A stretch of 64,000 bases of DNA, from positions 62,001-126,000 of the forward strand of contig CAXHJY010000301.1 of the NCBI GenBank assembly GCA_964016885.1. Direction: 5' to 3'. Positions 1-15,610 of this stretch are shown in pieces. Under the pieces are notes generated by a model that was given only the letters and a program-made list of their open reading frames with translations, was not told the DNA's origin and did no database searches. The translations under genes and the position numbers were made by a program. Position 1 is the stretch's first letter. Each line of letters starts with the position of its first letter. This DNA is from Eledone cirrhosa. Its lineage: Eukaryota.

Positions 1-15
1 ATATATATATGTATG

Positions 16-46
<31 letters not shown>

Positions 47-103
47 ATATATATATATATGTATATATATATGTATGTATATATATATATGTATATATAT
101 ATG

Positions 104-154
<51 letters not shown>

Positions 155-175
155 ATATATATATATATATATATG
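1..175. repeat. (TA)n/(TATG)n compound microsatellite
   Basis: Pure AT dinucleotide run with ATGT interruptions. Confidence 0.95.
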
Positions 176-504
176 TGATTTTGGATGGCCATTGACTCTT
201 AAGAGCTCCTTTGCCCTTTGCCCTTTAGCCTTAGTCAAGGCAGAATTCTAGGAGAAGGAAAACTCTGATATAACACCTGCAACCCTGATGGTATCCAATG
301 ATGTTGACTTGTTCTTCTTTTTGGTAAATAGCATCTTGGTTAAGAGAGTGGGACTGGCTTTGTGCAGTGCCTTTGCTCACTATAAAAGCTTCACGGCACA
401 GGCATTGCTTTATATCTGGAGATCTCTCTGCACTTGTCCTCACATGGGCCCAGCACTATGTGTCAATAATTGTCCTACCATGGGCCTAGCACTATGTGTC
501 AATA

Positions 505-646
505 ATTGTCACAGGTGTAGTGTTTGTACCAGAGGTTTCAAGTCGCTGGCTGGACTAAAAAGTCACACTCGTTCAGCGCTTCGGTAGGGGTTATCCTACA
601 TGGATGTAAAGTAGTGGCCGTACTCGAAAACGAGTTGGCAGCCACC
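505..646 (+). mobile_element. 3' end remnant of a LINE (C-terminal C2H2-like finger plus 3' tail)
   Basis: Encodes [23 protein letters not shown], followed by GGCCGTACTCGAAAACGAGTTGGCAGCC. A similar tail lies on the minus strand at ~58595-58630. Confidence 0.5.
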
Positions 647-1745
<1,099 letters not shown>

Positions 1746-1975
1746 AGGAACCAGTAAGACCCCGACAGCTGAGCTCAAGCCGTTTCGACGGCTAATTCTG
1801 GACATATACATACATATATATATGTATGTATATTCTGCGTCCAGAATTAGCCGTCGAAACGGCTTGAGCTCAGCTGTCGGGGTCTTACTGGTTCTTATTA
1901 CCCACTCTACTACCTCAAGTATTGAGTACTTTGGTGCGTTATGGTCCACCTGGTTCCTTACCACATTTCCTTCGT

Positions 1976-1976
<1 letters not shown>
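1746..1976. repeat. Short foldback element (inverted arms ~1746-1803 and ~1839-1896)
   Basis: GGAACCAGTAAGACCCCGACAGCTGAGCTCAAGCCGTTTCGACGGCTAATTCTGGAC is the reverse complement of 1839-1895. The same family recurs at ~17470-17638 and ~34575-34650. Confidence 0.85.
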
Positions 1977-2062
<86 letters not shown>

Positions 2063-2209
2063 TATTTTCCGTTGTGTTGTAATATAAATATTACACACAG
2101 TAGATTATCAGCTCACGTAGAGTTTGCTCGACGGTTCCAGTTGTAGTTCCAAAAGTAATCCGGAGAAAAATAGAAAGATTTGAATGGATACAGTTTAGTT
2201 GAAAGGAAT

Positions 2210-2326
2210 TTATTGACACGTGTTTCTATAACAGTTACATAACCTAAAACAGCTATCTACAAACTTTTAGTTATGCAGACATTCAATATTTCAATGTTAT
2301 TATTTACTGTCATTTCATCAGAATAA
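2210..2326 (-). ncRNA. Type I hammerhead ribozyme with long stem II
   Basis: Minus strand: TTATT-CTGATGA-a-ATGACAGT...ACTGTTAT-a-GAAA-CACGTG-TC-AATAA. Stems I and II pair and stem III is palindromic. Confidence 0.75.
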
Positions 2327-2374
2327 TATTACTGAGGACCTATTTAGTTTTTATAGAGAATATTATAGAGAATA

Positions 2375-2471
2375 TTGCTCAAGGAAACAACACACCACCC
2401 GGTCTGAGAATTGAACTCACAACATTTCGATTGCAAGGCCAATGCTCTAACCACTAAGCCATGTGCCTCCA
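2375..2471 (-). mobile_element. tRNA-derived SINE, head fragment
   Basis: Minus strand has A box TGGCTTAGTGG and B box GAGTTCAATTC. Matches longer copies at 30463, 58720 and 59682. Confidence 0.8.
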
Positions 2472-2554
2472 TGTATGTATATATATATATATATGTATGT
2501 ATATATATATATATGTATGTATATATATATATATGTATGTATATATATATGGAC

Positions 2555-2585
<31 letters not shown>

Positions 2586-2610
2586 TATGTATGTATATAT
2601 ATATATGTAC

Positions 2611-2641
<31 letters not shown>

Positions 2642-2648
2642 TATGTAC

Positions 2649-2679
<31 letters not shown>

Positions 2680-2704
2680 TATGTATGTATATATATATAT
2701 GTAC

Positions 2705-2735
<31 letters not shown>

Positions 2736-2760
2736 TATGTATGTATATATATATATGTAC

Positions 2761-2791
<31 letters not shown>

Positions 2792-2856
2792 TATGTATAT
2801 ATATATATGTATGTATATATGTATGTATATATATATATATATATGTATGTATATGT

Positions 2857-2888
<32 letters not shown>

Positions 2889-2983
2889 GTATATATATGT
2901 ATATATATATATATATGTATATGTATGTATGTATATATATATATATATGTGTATGTATGTATGTATATATATATATATATATG

Positions 2984-3017
<34 letters not shown>

Positions 3018-3063
3018 TATATGTATGTATATGTATGTATGTATATATATATATATATATATG

Positions 3064-3097
<34 letters not shown>

Positions 3098-3143
3098 TAT
3101 ATGTATGTATATGTATGTATGTATATATATATATATATATATG

Positions 3144-3177
<34 letters not shown>

Positions 3178-3189
3178 TATATATATATG

Positions 3190-3223
<34 letters not shown>

Positions 3224-3309
3224 TATATGTATATGTATGTATATATATGTATATATATATATATGTATATGTATGTATATGTATGTATATATATATATAT
3301 ATATATATG

Positions 3310-3343
<34 letters not shown>

Positions 3344-3525
3344 TATATGTATATGTATGTATATATATGTATATATATATATATATATATGTATGTATAT
3401 ATATATATATGTATATGTATGTATATATATGTATATATATATATATATGTATATGTATGTATATGTATGTATGTATATATATATATATATGTATATGTAT
3501 GTATATATATATATATATATATATG

Positions 3526-3557
<32 letters not shown>

Positions 3558-3687
3558 GATGTATATGTATATGTATGTATATATATGTATATATAGATGT
3601 ATATGTATATGTATGTATATATATGTATATGTATGTATATATATATATATGTATGTATATATATATGTATATATATATATGTATATA

Positions 3688-3741
<54 letters not shown>
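2472..3741. repeat. (TA)n/(TATG)n microsatellite, ~1.3 kb
   Basis: Direct inspection. Confidence 0.95.
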
Positions 3742-3742
<1 letters not shown>

Positions 3743-3743
<1 letters not shown>

Positions 3744-4591
3744 AATGAAAGGTATGGATAGTATTGTAGCAAGAAGCCAACAGTATTCCATAATATATGT
3801 GACTATAGCATCAAAATGGGAAAATAGTTAACGTAAGATGGAAAAATAATTCAAACTCAATTAAAAAAGAATCATGATATAGACCTATCCAACAGAATTT
3901 AGTGAAATCTAGGGAAAAATCAATAGAGCCTTAACTCATGATAAAATAAAGTTTAAAATACTCATCCTTCATTTTGGGACAACTACAAATACTCTGTATA
4001 GTCTTGAAAAAGACTATTTAACGTAAACTTTCAGTGGAGATGGTCACGGTTGGAATACGATCATCAGCTGAGCTCAACACAATAGCCAGATTCTCACTGA
4101 TTAATATGCCAAAAAGGGAATTTAAAAGCAGGCTAGTTTAACATCATGCGTGATTATGAAAATAAAACGCACATGTGGAAAAACAGGGCTGGTGACGTCA
4201 GAATGAGACGAATGTTTGTTTACATGAAACAACAGTCAAAAACATTCCGAAAAAAACTCTACAATAAGGAGTTCAGCCGAAAGCAATATTATCGCGTTTT
4301 TAAAAAAAAAATACCGGGATTAGTCACAAATAATTTAAGCACTCTAGGAAAGAAATCCGAGTATAAATATATAAATGAAAGGTATAGAAAGTATTGTAGC
4401 AAGAAGCCAACAGTATTCCATAATATATAAGTGACTATAGCGTCAAAATGGGAAAAATAGTTAACGTAAGATGTGGGAAAAATAATTCAAACTCAATTCA
4501 AAAAGAATCAGGATATAGACCTATCCAACAGAATTTAGTGAAATCTAGGGAAAAATCAATAGAGCCTTAACTCATGATAAAATAAAGTTTA
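3743..4591 (-). repeat. ~1.3-copy tandem unit (~630 bp period) with a decayed hammerhead-like motif
   Basis: 3743-3955 is directly repeated at 4372-4591. Minus strand TCAG-CTGATGA...CTGA at ~4032-4071 lacks an intact GAAA. Confidence 0.7.
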
Positions 4592-4682
<91 letters not shown>

Positions 4683-4705
4683 ATATATATATATATATAT
4701 GTATG

Positions 4706-4736
<31 letters not shown>

Positions 4737-4832
4737 ATATGTATGTATATATATATATATATGTATGTATATATGTATGTATATATATATGTATATATAT
4801 ATATATATGTATGTATATATATATTTGTATAT

Positions 4833-6878
4833 AGATTACTAAATGAGGAGAATGCATGGGAAGAAGAGACCCTACCCCAAGTAGACCCTATAGAGGGACC
4901 AGCAGTACAAGTCAGCAGCAGCGTAGTAAGTAAGGCAATCAAAGATATGAAGATGGGGAAGGCAACCGGTCCATCGGGTATAGCTGCCGAGATGCTGAAG
5001 GCATCTGGGTCTGTAGGTCACACTATAACCACACGTATCGTTAACCAGGTAATACTAGAAGGTGCCATACCAAAAGATTGGTGCAGTAGCATCATTGTCA
5101 ACTGCTACAAAGGTAAAGGCGATGCACTAGATAGAGGAAACTATAGAGGTATAAAGTTGATGGACCAGGTCATGAAAGTAACAGAAAGAGTTATAGCACA
5201 GCTGATTAGGGACCGGGTGAAAATAGACGAGATGCAATTTGGGTTTGTACCAGGAAGAGGCACCACTGATGCCCTCTTCCTTGTGAGGCAATTACAGGAA
5301 AAGTACCTAGCTAAAAGTAAGCCACTCTACTTGGCATTTGTTGACCTTGAGAAAGCCTTTGACAGAGTTCCACGTGCTGTAATCTGGTGGGCTCTTAGAA
5401 AACTAGGAGTAGATGAATGGCTTGTGAAAGCGGTACAAGCCATGTATAGGGGAGCAGTCAGCAAAGTTAGGATTAGCAATGAGTATAGCGAGGAATTTAG
5501 CGTACAGGTTGGGGTCCACCAGGGCTCTGTTCTTAGCCCTCTCCTGTTCATCATAGTCCTGCAGGCAATAACGGAGGAGTTTAAGACCGGATGCCCATGG
5601 GAACTCCTGTATGCTGATGACCTCGCACTCATAGCTGAATCTGTGGTAGAACTAGAGAATAAATTCCAAACTTGGAAGCAGGGACTAGAAAGAAAGGGTC
5701 TCAAAGTCAACATGACAAAGACTAAGGTCCTTGTAAGTAGACGAGAAAACAGAACCCAGATCCCCTCAGGGAAATGGCCTTGCTCAGTATGTAGGAAAGG
5801 TGTAGGTAGGAACTCCATTCTCTGCCCCAAATGCAAACAATGGGTACACAAGAGATGTAGCGGGATCTCAGGAAGCTTAATTAAGAATGTAGGATTCACA
5901 TGCAGCAGCTGTGCTGAGACAGCAAGCAGCAAACAGCCACAGGAAACAAGTACCACCAATCTCTGGGAGGGCTCTGTAGAAACAGTAGACAGCTTCTGCT
6001 ACCTAGGTGACCGAATTAGCAGCGGAGGTGGGTGTTCAGAAAGTACAATAACTAGGGTAAGAACGGGATGGAAGAAGTTTAGGGAACTACTACCACTGCT
6101 AGCTGCAAAAGGCTTCTCCCTCAGAATGAAAGGCAGACTGTATGATGCGTGTATCCGAACAGCGATGTTGCATGGTAGTGAGACCTAGGCGCTGAAGGTG
6201 GAAGACTTACGTAGATTAGAGAGAAACGGAGCCTGCATGCTCCGATGGATGTGTAACAGTAATATACGTGAATGACAAAGCATAAATGAATTGAGAGAGA
6301 GACTGAGCATAAGAGGAATCAAATGCTGTGTGCAGGAGAGGCAGTTGCGCTGGTATGGACATGTGATGCGTATGAAGGATGACAGCTGCATGAAAAGGTG
6401 CAGAGCACTAGAAGTTGATGGAAACCGCAGAGTGGGGAGACCCAAGATGACCTGGGATGAGGTGATAAAAGCCGACCTTACCCAATTACACCTCTCAAAG
6501 ACAATGACACACGACCGTGACTTCTGGCGTCACACAGTAATACAGAGTACCCGACCTCCCATGGGTACAAGCTGAAGCATATAGACAATATGCCCCCACA
6601 CCCCCCACTGCAAGGTGGTCGTGGAGGTGCCACGGCAAAAAAAGCACCCAGCCCACAGTGTAAAGTGGAAGTGTAGGCGCCACGAAAAAGCACCCAGCAC
6701 TCACTGTAAATGAGGTTGGTGTTAGGAAGGGCATCCAGCTCTAGAAATCAAGCCAGATCAGTTCCTGTATGAGCAAGGCATGGTCAGCCGACCAGACACT
6801 GCCCACAACAGGACAACCCATCTAACCCATGCTACTGTGGAAGAACAGACGTAAAACCGTGATGATGATGATGATGAT
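4833..6878 (+). mobile_element. RTE-clade LINE, 5'-truncated, with stops
   Basis: RT motifs [28 protein letters not shown] and C-terminal [10 protein letters not shown]. Stops at ~6186 and ~6273. (GAT)n tail. Confidence 0.95.
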
Positions 6879-6928
6879 ATATATATATATTTGTTGAAAA
6901 TTGCAAACTTGACTGTCACCACATATCA

Positions 6929-6967
6929 TGAACCTGAAGATTGCGAAAGCATGAAAGTACTTGTTCA
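6929..6967 (+). ncRNA. Minimal type I hammerhead ribozyme
   Basis: TGAAC-CTGAAGA-t-TGC-GAAA-GCA-t-GAAA-GTAC-TT-GTTCA. Stem I is TGAAC/GTTCA, with palindromic GTAC in stem/loop III. Confidence 0.75.
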
Positions 6968-7114
6968 ATTAACACTTAGAGTTTAATATTCTATCATACT
7001 ATTTCATTATAATACCATTATAAATTTTAAAGGATTGTAAATAAAACGAGTAAATCAGACAAAGTTGGAATTCCTCTTCTTAATATAATCTTCTATATAC
7101 AATCATACACACCC

Positions 7115-7163
7115 GTGTATATTTATCTATCTATATATATATATATTTGTATATATGTATGTA

Positions 7164-7208
<45 letters not shown>

Positions 7209-7464
7209 ATATGTATATATATATATGTATATATATGTATGTATGTATATATATATATGTATGTATGTATATATATATATGTATGTATGTATATATATAT
7301 ATGTATATATGTATATATATATATGTATGTATATGTATGTATGTATATATGTATATGTATGTATGTATATGTATGTATGTATATATGTATATATATATAT
7401 ATGTATATATATATATGTATATATATATATGTATATATATATATGTATATATATATATGTATAT

Positions 7465-7498
<34 letters not shown>

Positions 7499-7505
7499 AT
7501 GTATG

Positions 7506-7568
<63 letters not shown>

Positions 7569-7569
7569 G

Positions 7570-7648
<79 letters not shown>

Positions 7649-7649
7649 G

Positions 7650-7694
<45 letters not shown>

Positions 7695-7710
7695 GTATAT
7701 ATATATATAT
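7115..7710. repeat. (TA)n/(TATG)n microsatellite
   Basis: Direct inspection. Confidence 0.95.
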
Positions 7711-7892
7711 AAATGATATAGATATCCCAGTAGGTACGAGGTACCCACGGAAATATATATGTTGTCTATAATAGTGGTTGTTCTATGGTACTAATTTCAG
7801 ATACTAGAACTGTAAATATGAGCGGAACAAGTAAACATTAAACATTCTTTTAAATAAATTAAAGTACGATTTAAATATTTACCTCTTTTAGT

Positions 7893-7973
7893 GCCATGAC
7901 CGTACGGTTTCGCTTATCAAAAGATTGGAAATTCAGAGAATTTCCAATGGAAAGATATAGCTCTTCAGATAGC
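7893..7973 (-). ncRNA. Type I hammerhead ribozyme
   Basis: Minus strand: GCTAT-CTGAAGA-GCT...ATTGGAAATTC-TCT-GAATTTCCAAT...AGC-GAAA-CCGTACGG-TC-ATGGC. Canonical GUC site and palindromic stem III. Confidence 0.88.
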
Positions 7974-8089
7974 TATTCCAAATCTACTAGACATAAATCC
8001 GTATAGATGTAGATATATCACCCTCTGCCCAGTGAATGAATAAAGCCGTTAAAATGACCCACACACTTATTGGACCGTTAGGATATATG

Positions 8090-8130
<41 letters not shown>

Positions 8131-8181
8131 ATATGTATGTATATATATATATATATATATATGTATATGTATATATGTATG

Positions 8182-8227
<46 letters not shown>

Positions 8228-8229
<2 letters not shown>

Positions 8230-10042
8230 GAAGGTGTCATACCAAAAGATTGGTGCAGTAGCATCATTGTCAACTGCTACAAAGGTAAAGGCGATGCACT
8301 AGATAGAGGAAACTATAGAGGTATAAAGCTGATGGACCAGGTCATGAAAGTAACAGAAAGAGTTATAGCACAGTTGATTAGGGACTGGGTGAAACTAGAT
8401 GAGATGCAATTTGGGTTTGTACCAAGAAGAGGCACCACTGATGCCCTCTTCTTTGTCAGGCAGTTACAGGAAAAGTACCTAGCTAAAAGTAAGCCACTCT
8501 ACCTGGCATTTGTCGATCTTGAGAAAGCCTTTGACAGAGTTCCACGTGCTGTAATCTGGTGGGCTCTTAGAAATCTAGGAGTAGATGAATGGCTTGTGAA
8601 AGCGGTACAAGCCATGTATAGGGGAGCAGTCAGCAAAGTTAGGATTAGCAATGAGTATAGCGAGGAATTTAGCGTACAGGTTCGGGTCCACCAGGGCTCT
8701 GTTCTTAGCCCCCTTCCTGTTCATCATAGTCCTGCAGGCAATAACTGAGGAGTTTAAGACCGGATGGCCATGGGAACTCCTGTATGCTGATGACCTCACA
8801 CTTATAGCTGAATCTATGGTAGAACTAGAGAAGAAATTCCAATCTTGGAAGCAGGGACTAGAAAGAAAGGGTCTCAAAGTCAACATGACAAAGACTAAGG
8901 TCCTTGTAAGTAGATGAGAAAACAGAACCCAGATCCCCTCAGGGAAATGGCCTTGCTCAGTATGTAGGAAAGGTGTAGGTAGGAACTCCATTCTCTGCCC
9001 CAAATGCAAACAATGGGTACACAAGAGATGTAGTGGGATCTCAGGAAGCTTAATTAAGAATGTAGGCTTCACATGCAGCAGCTGTGCTGGGACAGCAAGC
9101 AGCAAACAGCCACAGGAAACAAGTACCACCAATCTCTGGGAGGGCTCTGTAGAAACAGTAGACAGCTTCTGCTATCTAGGTGACCGAATTAGCATTGGAG
9201 GTGGGTGTTCAGAAAGTACAATAACTAGGGTAAGAACGGGATGGAAGAAGTTTAGGGAACTACTACCACTGCTAGCTGCAAAAGGCTTCTCCTTCAAAAT
9301 GAAAGGCAAACTGTATGATGTATCCGAACAGCGATGTTGCATGGTAGTGAGACCTGGGCGCTGAAGGTGGAAGACTTATGTAGATTAGAGAGAAACGAAG
9401 CCTGCATGCTCCGATGGATGTGTAATAGTAATAATATACGCGAACGACAAAGCATAAATGAATTGAGAGAGAGACTGAGCATAAGAGGAATCAAATGCTG
9501 TGTGCAGGAGAGGCAGTTGCGTTGGTATGGACATGTGATGCGTATGAAGGATGACAGCTGCATAAAAAGGTGCAGAGCACTAGAAGTCGATGGAAACCGT
9601 GGAGTGGGGAGCCTCAAGATGACCTGTGATGAGTTGATAAAAGCCGACCTTACCCAATTACACCACTCAAAAGCGATGACACACGACCGTGACCTCTGGT
9701 GTCACGCAGTAATACAGAGTACCCGAACTCCCATGGGTACAAGCTGAAGCATATAGACAATATGTCCCCCTCCCCACTGCAAGGTGGTCGTGGAGGTGCC
9801 ACGGCAAAAAAGCACCAAGCCCACACTGTAAAGTGAACGTGTAGGCACCACGAAAAAGCACCTCGAATCACTGTAAATGAGGTTGATGTTAGAAAGGGCA
9901 TCCAGCTGTAGAAATCAAGCCAAATCAGTTCCTGTATGAGCAAGGCATGGTCAGCCGACCAGACACTGACCACAACAGGAAAACCCGTCTAACCCATGCT
10001 AGCGTGGAAGAACGGACGTAAAACGGTGATGATGATGATGAT
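8228..10042 (+). mobile_element. RTE-clade LINE, 5'-truncated, frameshifted
   Basis: Near-identical to 4833-6878. Split RT ORF and (GAT)n tail. Confidence 0.95.
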
Positions 10043-10758
10043 ATATATATATATATATATATACACATACATAACCATACAAATATACACACATATACAT
10101 ACATATCACAAACGCATACATACAAATACAAACACACATATATGTGTGTAAAACTCATTCTTAGATAATTCATATGAACCTTATTTAACTCTAAAATATA
10201 TATATATATATAAATATATATATACATACATATATATACACATACATACATACTCACATACACATATATACCTACACACATATATATACATACACATACG
10301 TATGCATACATACATACATACATACACACACACATATACATATATAACTAAATATATATATATAAACGGAAAAAATGAAACGATAATATCGAACAATATA
10401 TATATGAGAAAGAACATAAATATTATATATATATATAAAAAATAAATATTGTATATATAAAAAAATATTGTATATATAAAAATAAAAATGAAAATAAAAA
10501 GTTGGGAATACGACAAATAATAAATACAAAAATATATATTTAGAAAAGGGTATAAATGCTTATAGCAGATTTAGAGCACTCAACAAGTTCCTGGAGCAAA
10601 AGATCAATGAAAATAATCATTAAATCACTATATGTAATGATGCATATACATACACCCTTATACATATATACATATACACATATATATACATATATATATA
10701 CATACACACACACACACACACAAAAACACAACCACAGAAATACACACACACATACAAT

Positions 10759-10797
<39 letters not shown>

Positions 10798-10953
10798 CTC
10801 ATAGGAAAAAGTCTGACCCCACGGCAGAGCTCAAACCATTATATAAAAAAATACATATACACGCACAAATATACACACGCCCATACACACACATTAAATC
10901 TATATATACATTTTTGTTTTTAAAATCCAACGTCAATAAATACACCAGGATTT

Positions 10954-11014
10954 TTTCATTCTGATGATTGAAAGCAACATTTTTTTGCTTTTAAGAAACC
11001 ACTGGTAAATGAAA
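10954..11014 (+). ncRNA. Type I hammerhead ribozyme in the 5' pseudo-LTR
   Basis: TTTCATT-CTGATGA-TTGAAAGCAA...TTGCTTTTAA-GAAA-CCACTGG-TA-AATGAAA. All three stems pair; GUA site. Confidence 0.9.
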
Positions 11015-11223
11015 TAATTGCCTTATGTTGTTTATTACATAACTATTAAGCTCTGTTACCTACATAGAGGACTCTTTTTTCCTGGACTTTTCCGACGGAA
11101 TTCATTTATACAGCTCCAACTGGGATTGATTGAAGCATATTCTATATTACATATACGATTGGCACTTTCCAGCCCGATTAGTTGAGCACTCTACAGTTTT
11201 CAGGAATTTAACCAACATACACC

Positions 11224-13351
11224 ATGGACCTTTATGAATTGGATTATTCAATCAAAAATATACCTACCCCTTCCAACACAACTTATACCAAAATGCTTAT
11301 AGATAATATCGAACAAGTCGTTAAAAGAATGAGATGGAAGGCAATGGTTTACGATGGACTATTCAGTGCTGATACTAATGATTGTTTTGACATAAAATCC
11401 CGTAAATATCCACCTAGAATTAAAGACATGGCCAACTTCGAATTAGACCTTGTTAATTTAATTAGTGATATCAAATTTCGTAAGTACAATAATAACTTTC
11501 AAACTAAACTGTCTAACGATATTTCTAATTTTAAAAATTCTACAAACACCTTTGTTCTTTCTGATAAAACTAAAAATCTCTTTGAAGTTAATAGTATTTT
11601 GTATAACCAACTTTTAACTAATAGTATTACCAACAAATATCAATTAACTAATAATAATACCTACAATACTATCAATAAAGAAGCTAAAGAACTAGCTAAT
11701 TCTTTAAAAATAGACAACTGGATTGAAAGCCTAGCTAAGCGTAAAGCATATATTACCCTTAAAGACCATAAATTAGACTTTACTAATCGACCTAGTTGTA
11801 GACTGATTAACCCGGCTAAATCCGAAGTTGGCCTTGCAAGTAAAAAAATCTTAAGAAAAATAATTCTCCAAATTAGAACTAAGACTGACCTATCACAGTG
11901 GCTAAATACTTCCTCTGTTATTTCTTGGTTTAATAATATACAAGGTAAAAATAAGTGTAGATTTACCCAATTTGATATTGTTGATTTTTACCCCTCTATT
12001 ACTGTTTCCTTATTAACTAATGCCTTAGAGTTTGCAAGACCCTTCATTAATATTTCTAAATTAGAAGACATTATCTTTCATGCTAGAAAAACTTTACTCT
12101 TTACTAATGATAATATTTGGGTTAAAAAGTCAAACCCTGAAAACTCTTTTGATGTTGCAATGGGTTCATATGACAGTGCGAATGTGTGTGACTTAGTAGG
12201 ATTATTCCTTCTCCACACCCTCAAAGAGAAATTTCCTTCCCATAATATCGGTTTATACCGTGATGACGGATTAGCAGTTTCTCATACCACCAACGGCCAT
12301 AACCTTGATAAATTCCGTAAAGATTTAATCAATACTTTTGCTAATCTTAACCTTAAAATCACTATAGATACGAACCTTACCAATGCTAACTTTCTTGATA
12401 TTAATCTTGATCTACTTACCGCCTCTTTTAAACCTTATCATAAACCTAATGAAAATCTTATGTATATACACATAGAGTCTTGCCGTCCCCCTATAGTTTT
12501 TAAAAATCTTATTCTCAACATTAGCCGTAGGATTTCTACCTTATTTTCGTCTATAGACATTTTTAATAAAGCCGCCCCTTATTATAATAAAGCCCTTAAA
12601 AACAGCGGTTTTACAGAAAAAATTTATTATTTACCTACCCCGCCCCTAAAACTAACCACAATAATAGGAAAAGGAAAATTATTTGGTTTACACCCACCTC
12701 TCTCTAACTGTCAAAACTAATGTAGGAAGGAAATTCCTTGAACTCTTAGATAAACATTTTCCTCCTAATCATAGATATTATAAGATATTTAATAGAAATG
12801 TAGTTAAGATCAGTTACTCTTGTTGCCCATCAATGAAGTCTAAGATCACTAATTCAAATCATACGAGAACAAATCCAGGATGCAGTTGCAGGAAGCCGGA
12901 TGAATGTCCATTACAGGGCAAATGTAACACCAAATCTGTTGTTTATGAGGCTAAAGTGACACCTTTAATCAACAACCAGCCAGCCAGGAGTGAGCGATAT
13001 GTTGTCATGACCCAGGACAGGTTTAAAACCAGGTTTTATGCACATGTCGCTTCTTTTAAGCACTCCGATAAACAAACAACAACGGCCCTCACAAGTAAGG
13101 TGTGGGAATTCAAGGATAAAAACATCCCGTACTCTATCGATTGGTCTATTTTAGACCATTCGAGGGAGTACCAAAGGGGCACAAAGAATTGTTCTTTGTG
13201 TACCACAGAAAAATATAGGATTTTGCTAAACTTGAAAGCCACTTCTGCTTGCCTGAACTCAAAGACCGAGATCTTCAGATGTTGTCCTCATCTGAAATCA
13301 CATCTGATCTGTAACTGGATTGACATTCCTATGATAACTCAACCACCTTGA
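11224..13351 (+). pseudogene. Penelope-like RT + GIY-YIG endonuclease, frameshifted near 12640-12720
   Basis: RT motifs QFDIVDFYPSI, AMGSYDSA, GLYRDDGL and FLDI. Linker RKRKIIWF lies in a third frame. Then CSCRKPDECPLQGKC, VVYEAKV...YVVMT...FKTRFYAH and CSLCTTEK. Confidence 0.9.
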
Positions 13352-13621
13352 ACTCCTTCTCTGCTCTTTACTTCCACTACGGTTTCTTTACCTGCTGAAT
13401 CCACGTTCTGTACTCTTGTATTCTCTTTCTCCCTTATCTCCCCTTATATTTAAACCTTTTCCTATGTCATTTATTTCCCCCTCTTTTTCCCCCCTATTTT
13501 TTTGCCTTGCCCTTCACATACCAAACATTTTTTTATTTTTAGATATTAATTTTTTTGTGTGTTGCGTATATGTATGTATATGTGTATATATGTATATGTA
13601 TGTATATATGTATATGTATGT

Positions 13622-13663
<42 letters not shown>

Positions 13664-13826
13664 GTATGTATATGTGTGTGTATATGTATATGTGTATGTA
13701 TATATATATGTGTGTGTATGTATGTTTATATCTATCTGTATGTATATGTATATGTATATATAATCGTATATATTATATATTTCTGTTGTATTTGTGCGCG
13801 CGTGTGTGTATGTATGTGTGTATACA

Positions 13827-13898
<72 letters not shown>

Positions 13899-14096
13899 TA
13901 TGTATGTATGTATATATATGTATGTATGTATATATGTGTATGTATGTATGTGTGTATATATAGATTTAATGTGTGTGTATGGGCGTGTGTATATTTGTGC
14001 GTGTATATGTATTTTTTTATATAATGGTTTTGTGTGTATATATATAATAGCCTCAGAAATGGCTTGAGCTCTGCCGTGGGGTCAGACTTTTTCCTA

Positions 14097-14130
<34 letters not shown>

Positions 14131-14618
14131 CGTAATTGTATGTGTGTGTGTATTTCTGTGGTTCTGTTTTTGTGTGTGTTTGTATATATATATGTATATA
14201 TGTATAAGGGTGTATGTATATGCATCATTACATATAGTGATTTAATGATTATTTTTATTGATCTTTTGCTCCAGGAACTTGTTGAGTGCTCTAAATCTGC
14301 TATAAGCATTTATACCCTTTTCTAAATATATATTTTTTTATTTATTATTTGTCGTATTCCCAACTTTTTATTTTCATTTTTATTTTTATTTTTATTTTTA
14401 TTTTTATTTTTATTTTTATTTTTATATATACAATATTTTTTTATATATACAATATTTATTTTTTATATATATATAATATTTATGTTCTTTCTAATATATA
14501 TATATATATATTTAGTTATATATGTATATGTGTGTGTGTGTGTATGTATGCATACGTATGTGTATGTATATATGTGTGTGTGTGTATGTATGTATGCATA
14601 CGTATGTGTATATATGTG

Positions 14619-14663
<45 letters not shown>

Positions 14664-15610
14664 TCATTTCATTTTCATCATCATATATATATATATATAT
14701 TTCAGAGTTAAATAAGGTTCATATGAATTATCTAAGAATGAGTTTTACACACATATATATGTGTTTGTATTTGTATGTATGTGTTTGTGATATGTATGTA
14801 TATGTATGTATATATTTGTATGGTTATGTATGTGTATATATATATATATATGTATGTGTGTGTATATATGTATATGTGTGTGTGTATGTAATTGTGTATG
14901 CGTATGTATGTGTTTATGTATTTGTATATGTATATTTATGTGTGAGAGTGTGTGTATGTATTTATTTTTACGTATGCATGTGTATGTGCATTTGTGTGTA
15001 TTGCTTACCACGTGTGTTTGTTCATTTATTTGTTGCCTGTATCGCTGTCAACATTATAATAGTCTTTATATTCATTTTTATTTTTTATTATTATATATTT
15101 TTTCTTATATTTATTTGTGTGTGTGAGTATGTAGAGGTGTGTGTATATATTTCTATTTTTGTGCATGCGTATGTATGCGTGTATATATGTCTGTATGTAT
15201 GTGTATGTATGTACGTGTGTATATACGTATGATTGTGTGTATGTATGTATGTATGTGGTTGTATATGTGAATGTATATGTATGTGCATATATATATATAT
15301 GTGTGTGTGTGGTTGTATATATGTATGGATATGTTGATATTTATGTGTGTATGTATGTATGTGTATATGTATGTGTATGTATATATATACACATATATGT
15401 GTGTGTGTGTGTATATATGTGTGGGTGTATGTATGTGTGTATGTATATATATATATATATATATATGTGTATGTATATAATTGTGTGTGTGCGTGTTTGC
15501 ATGTGTGTTTTTATTTTATTTTTCCTTTCCTTCTTCCTTTTCCAGCCTGACTTTCATATAGATTGCATTTTTGTTTTCAAAACCCAACGTCAATAAATAC
15601 ACCAGGATTT

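Noticed and set aside
443-510. 36-bp tandem duplication
   Set aside because: Only two copies, which fits a simple local duplication next to a LINE remnant.
12640-12720. Programmed frameshift between Penelope RT and endonuclease
   Set aside because: Conserved linker residues are spread over three frames, implying several indels. Penelope-like elements normally have one ORF, so decay or sequencing error is more likely.
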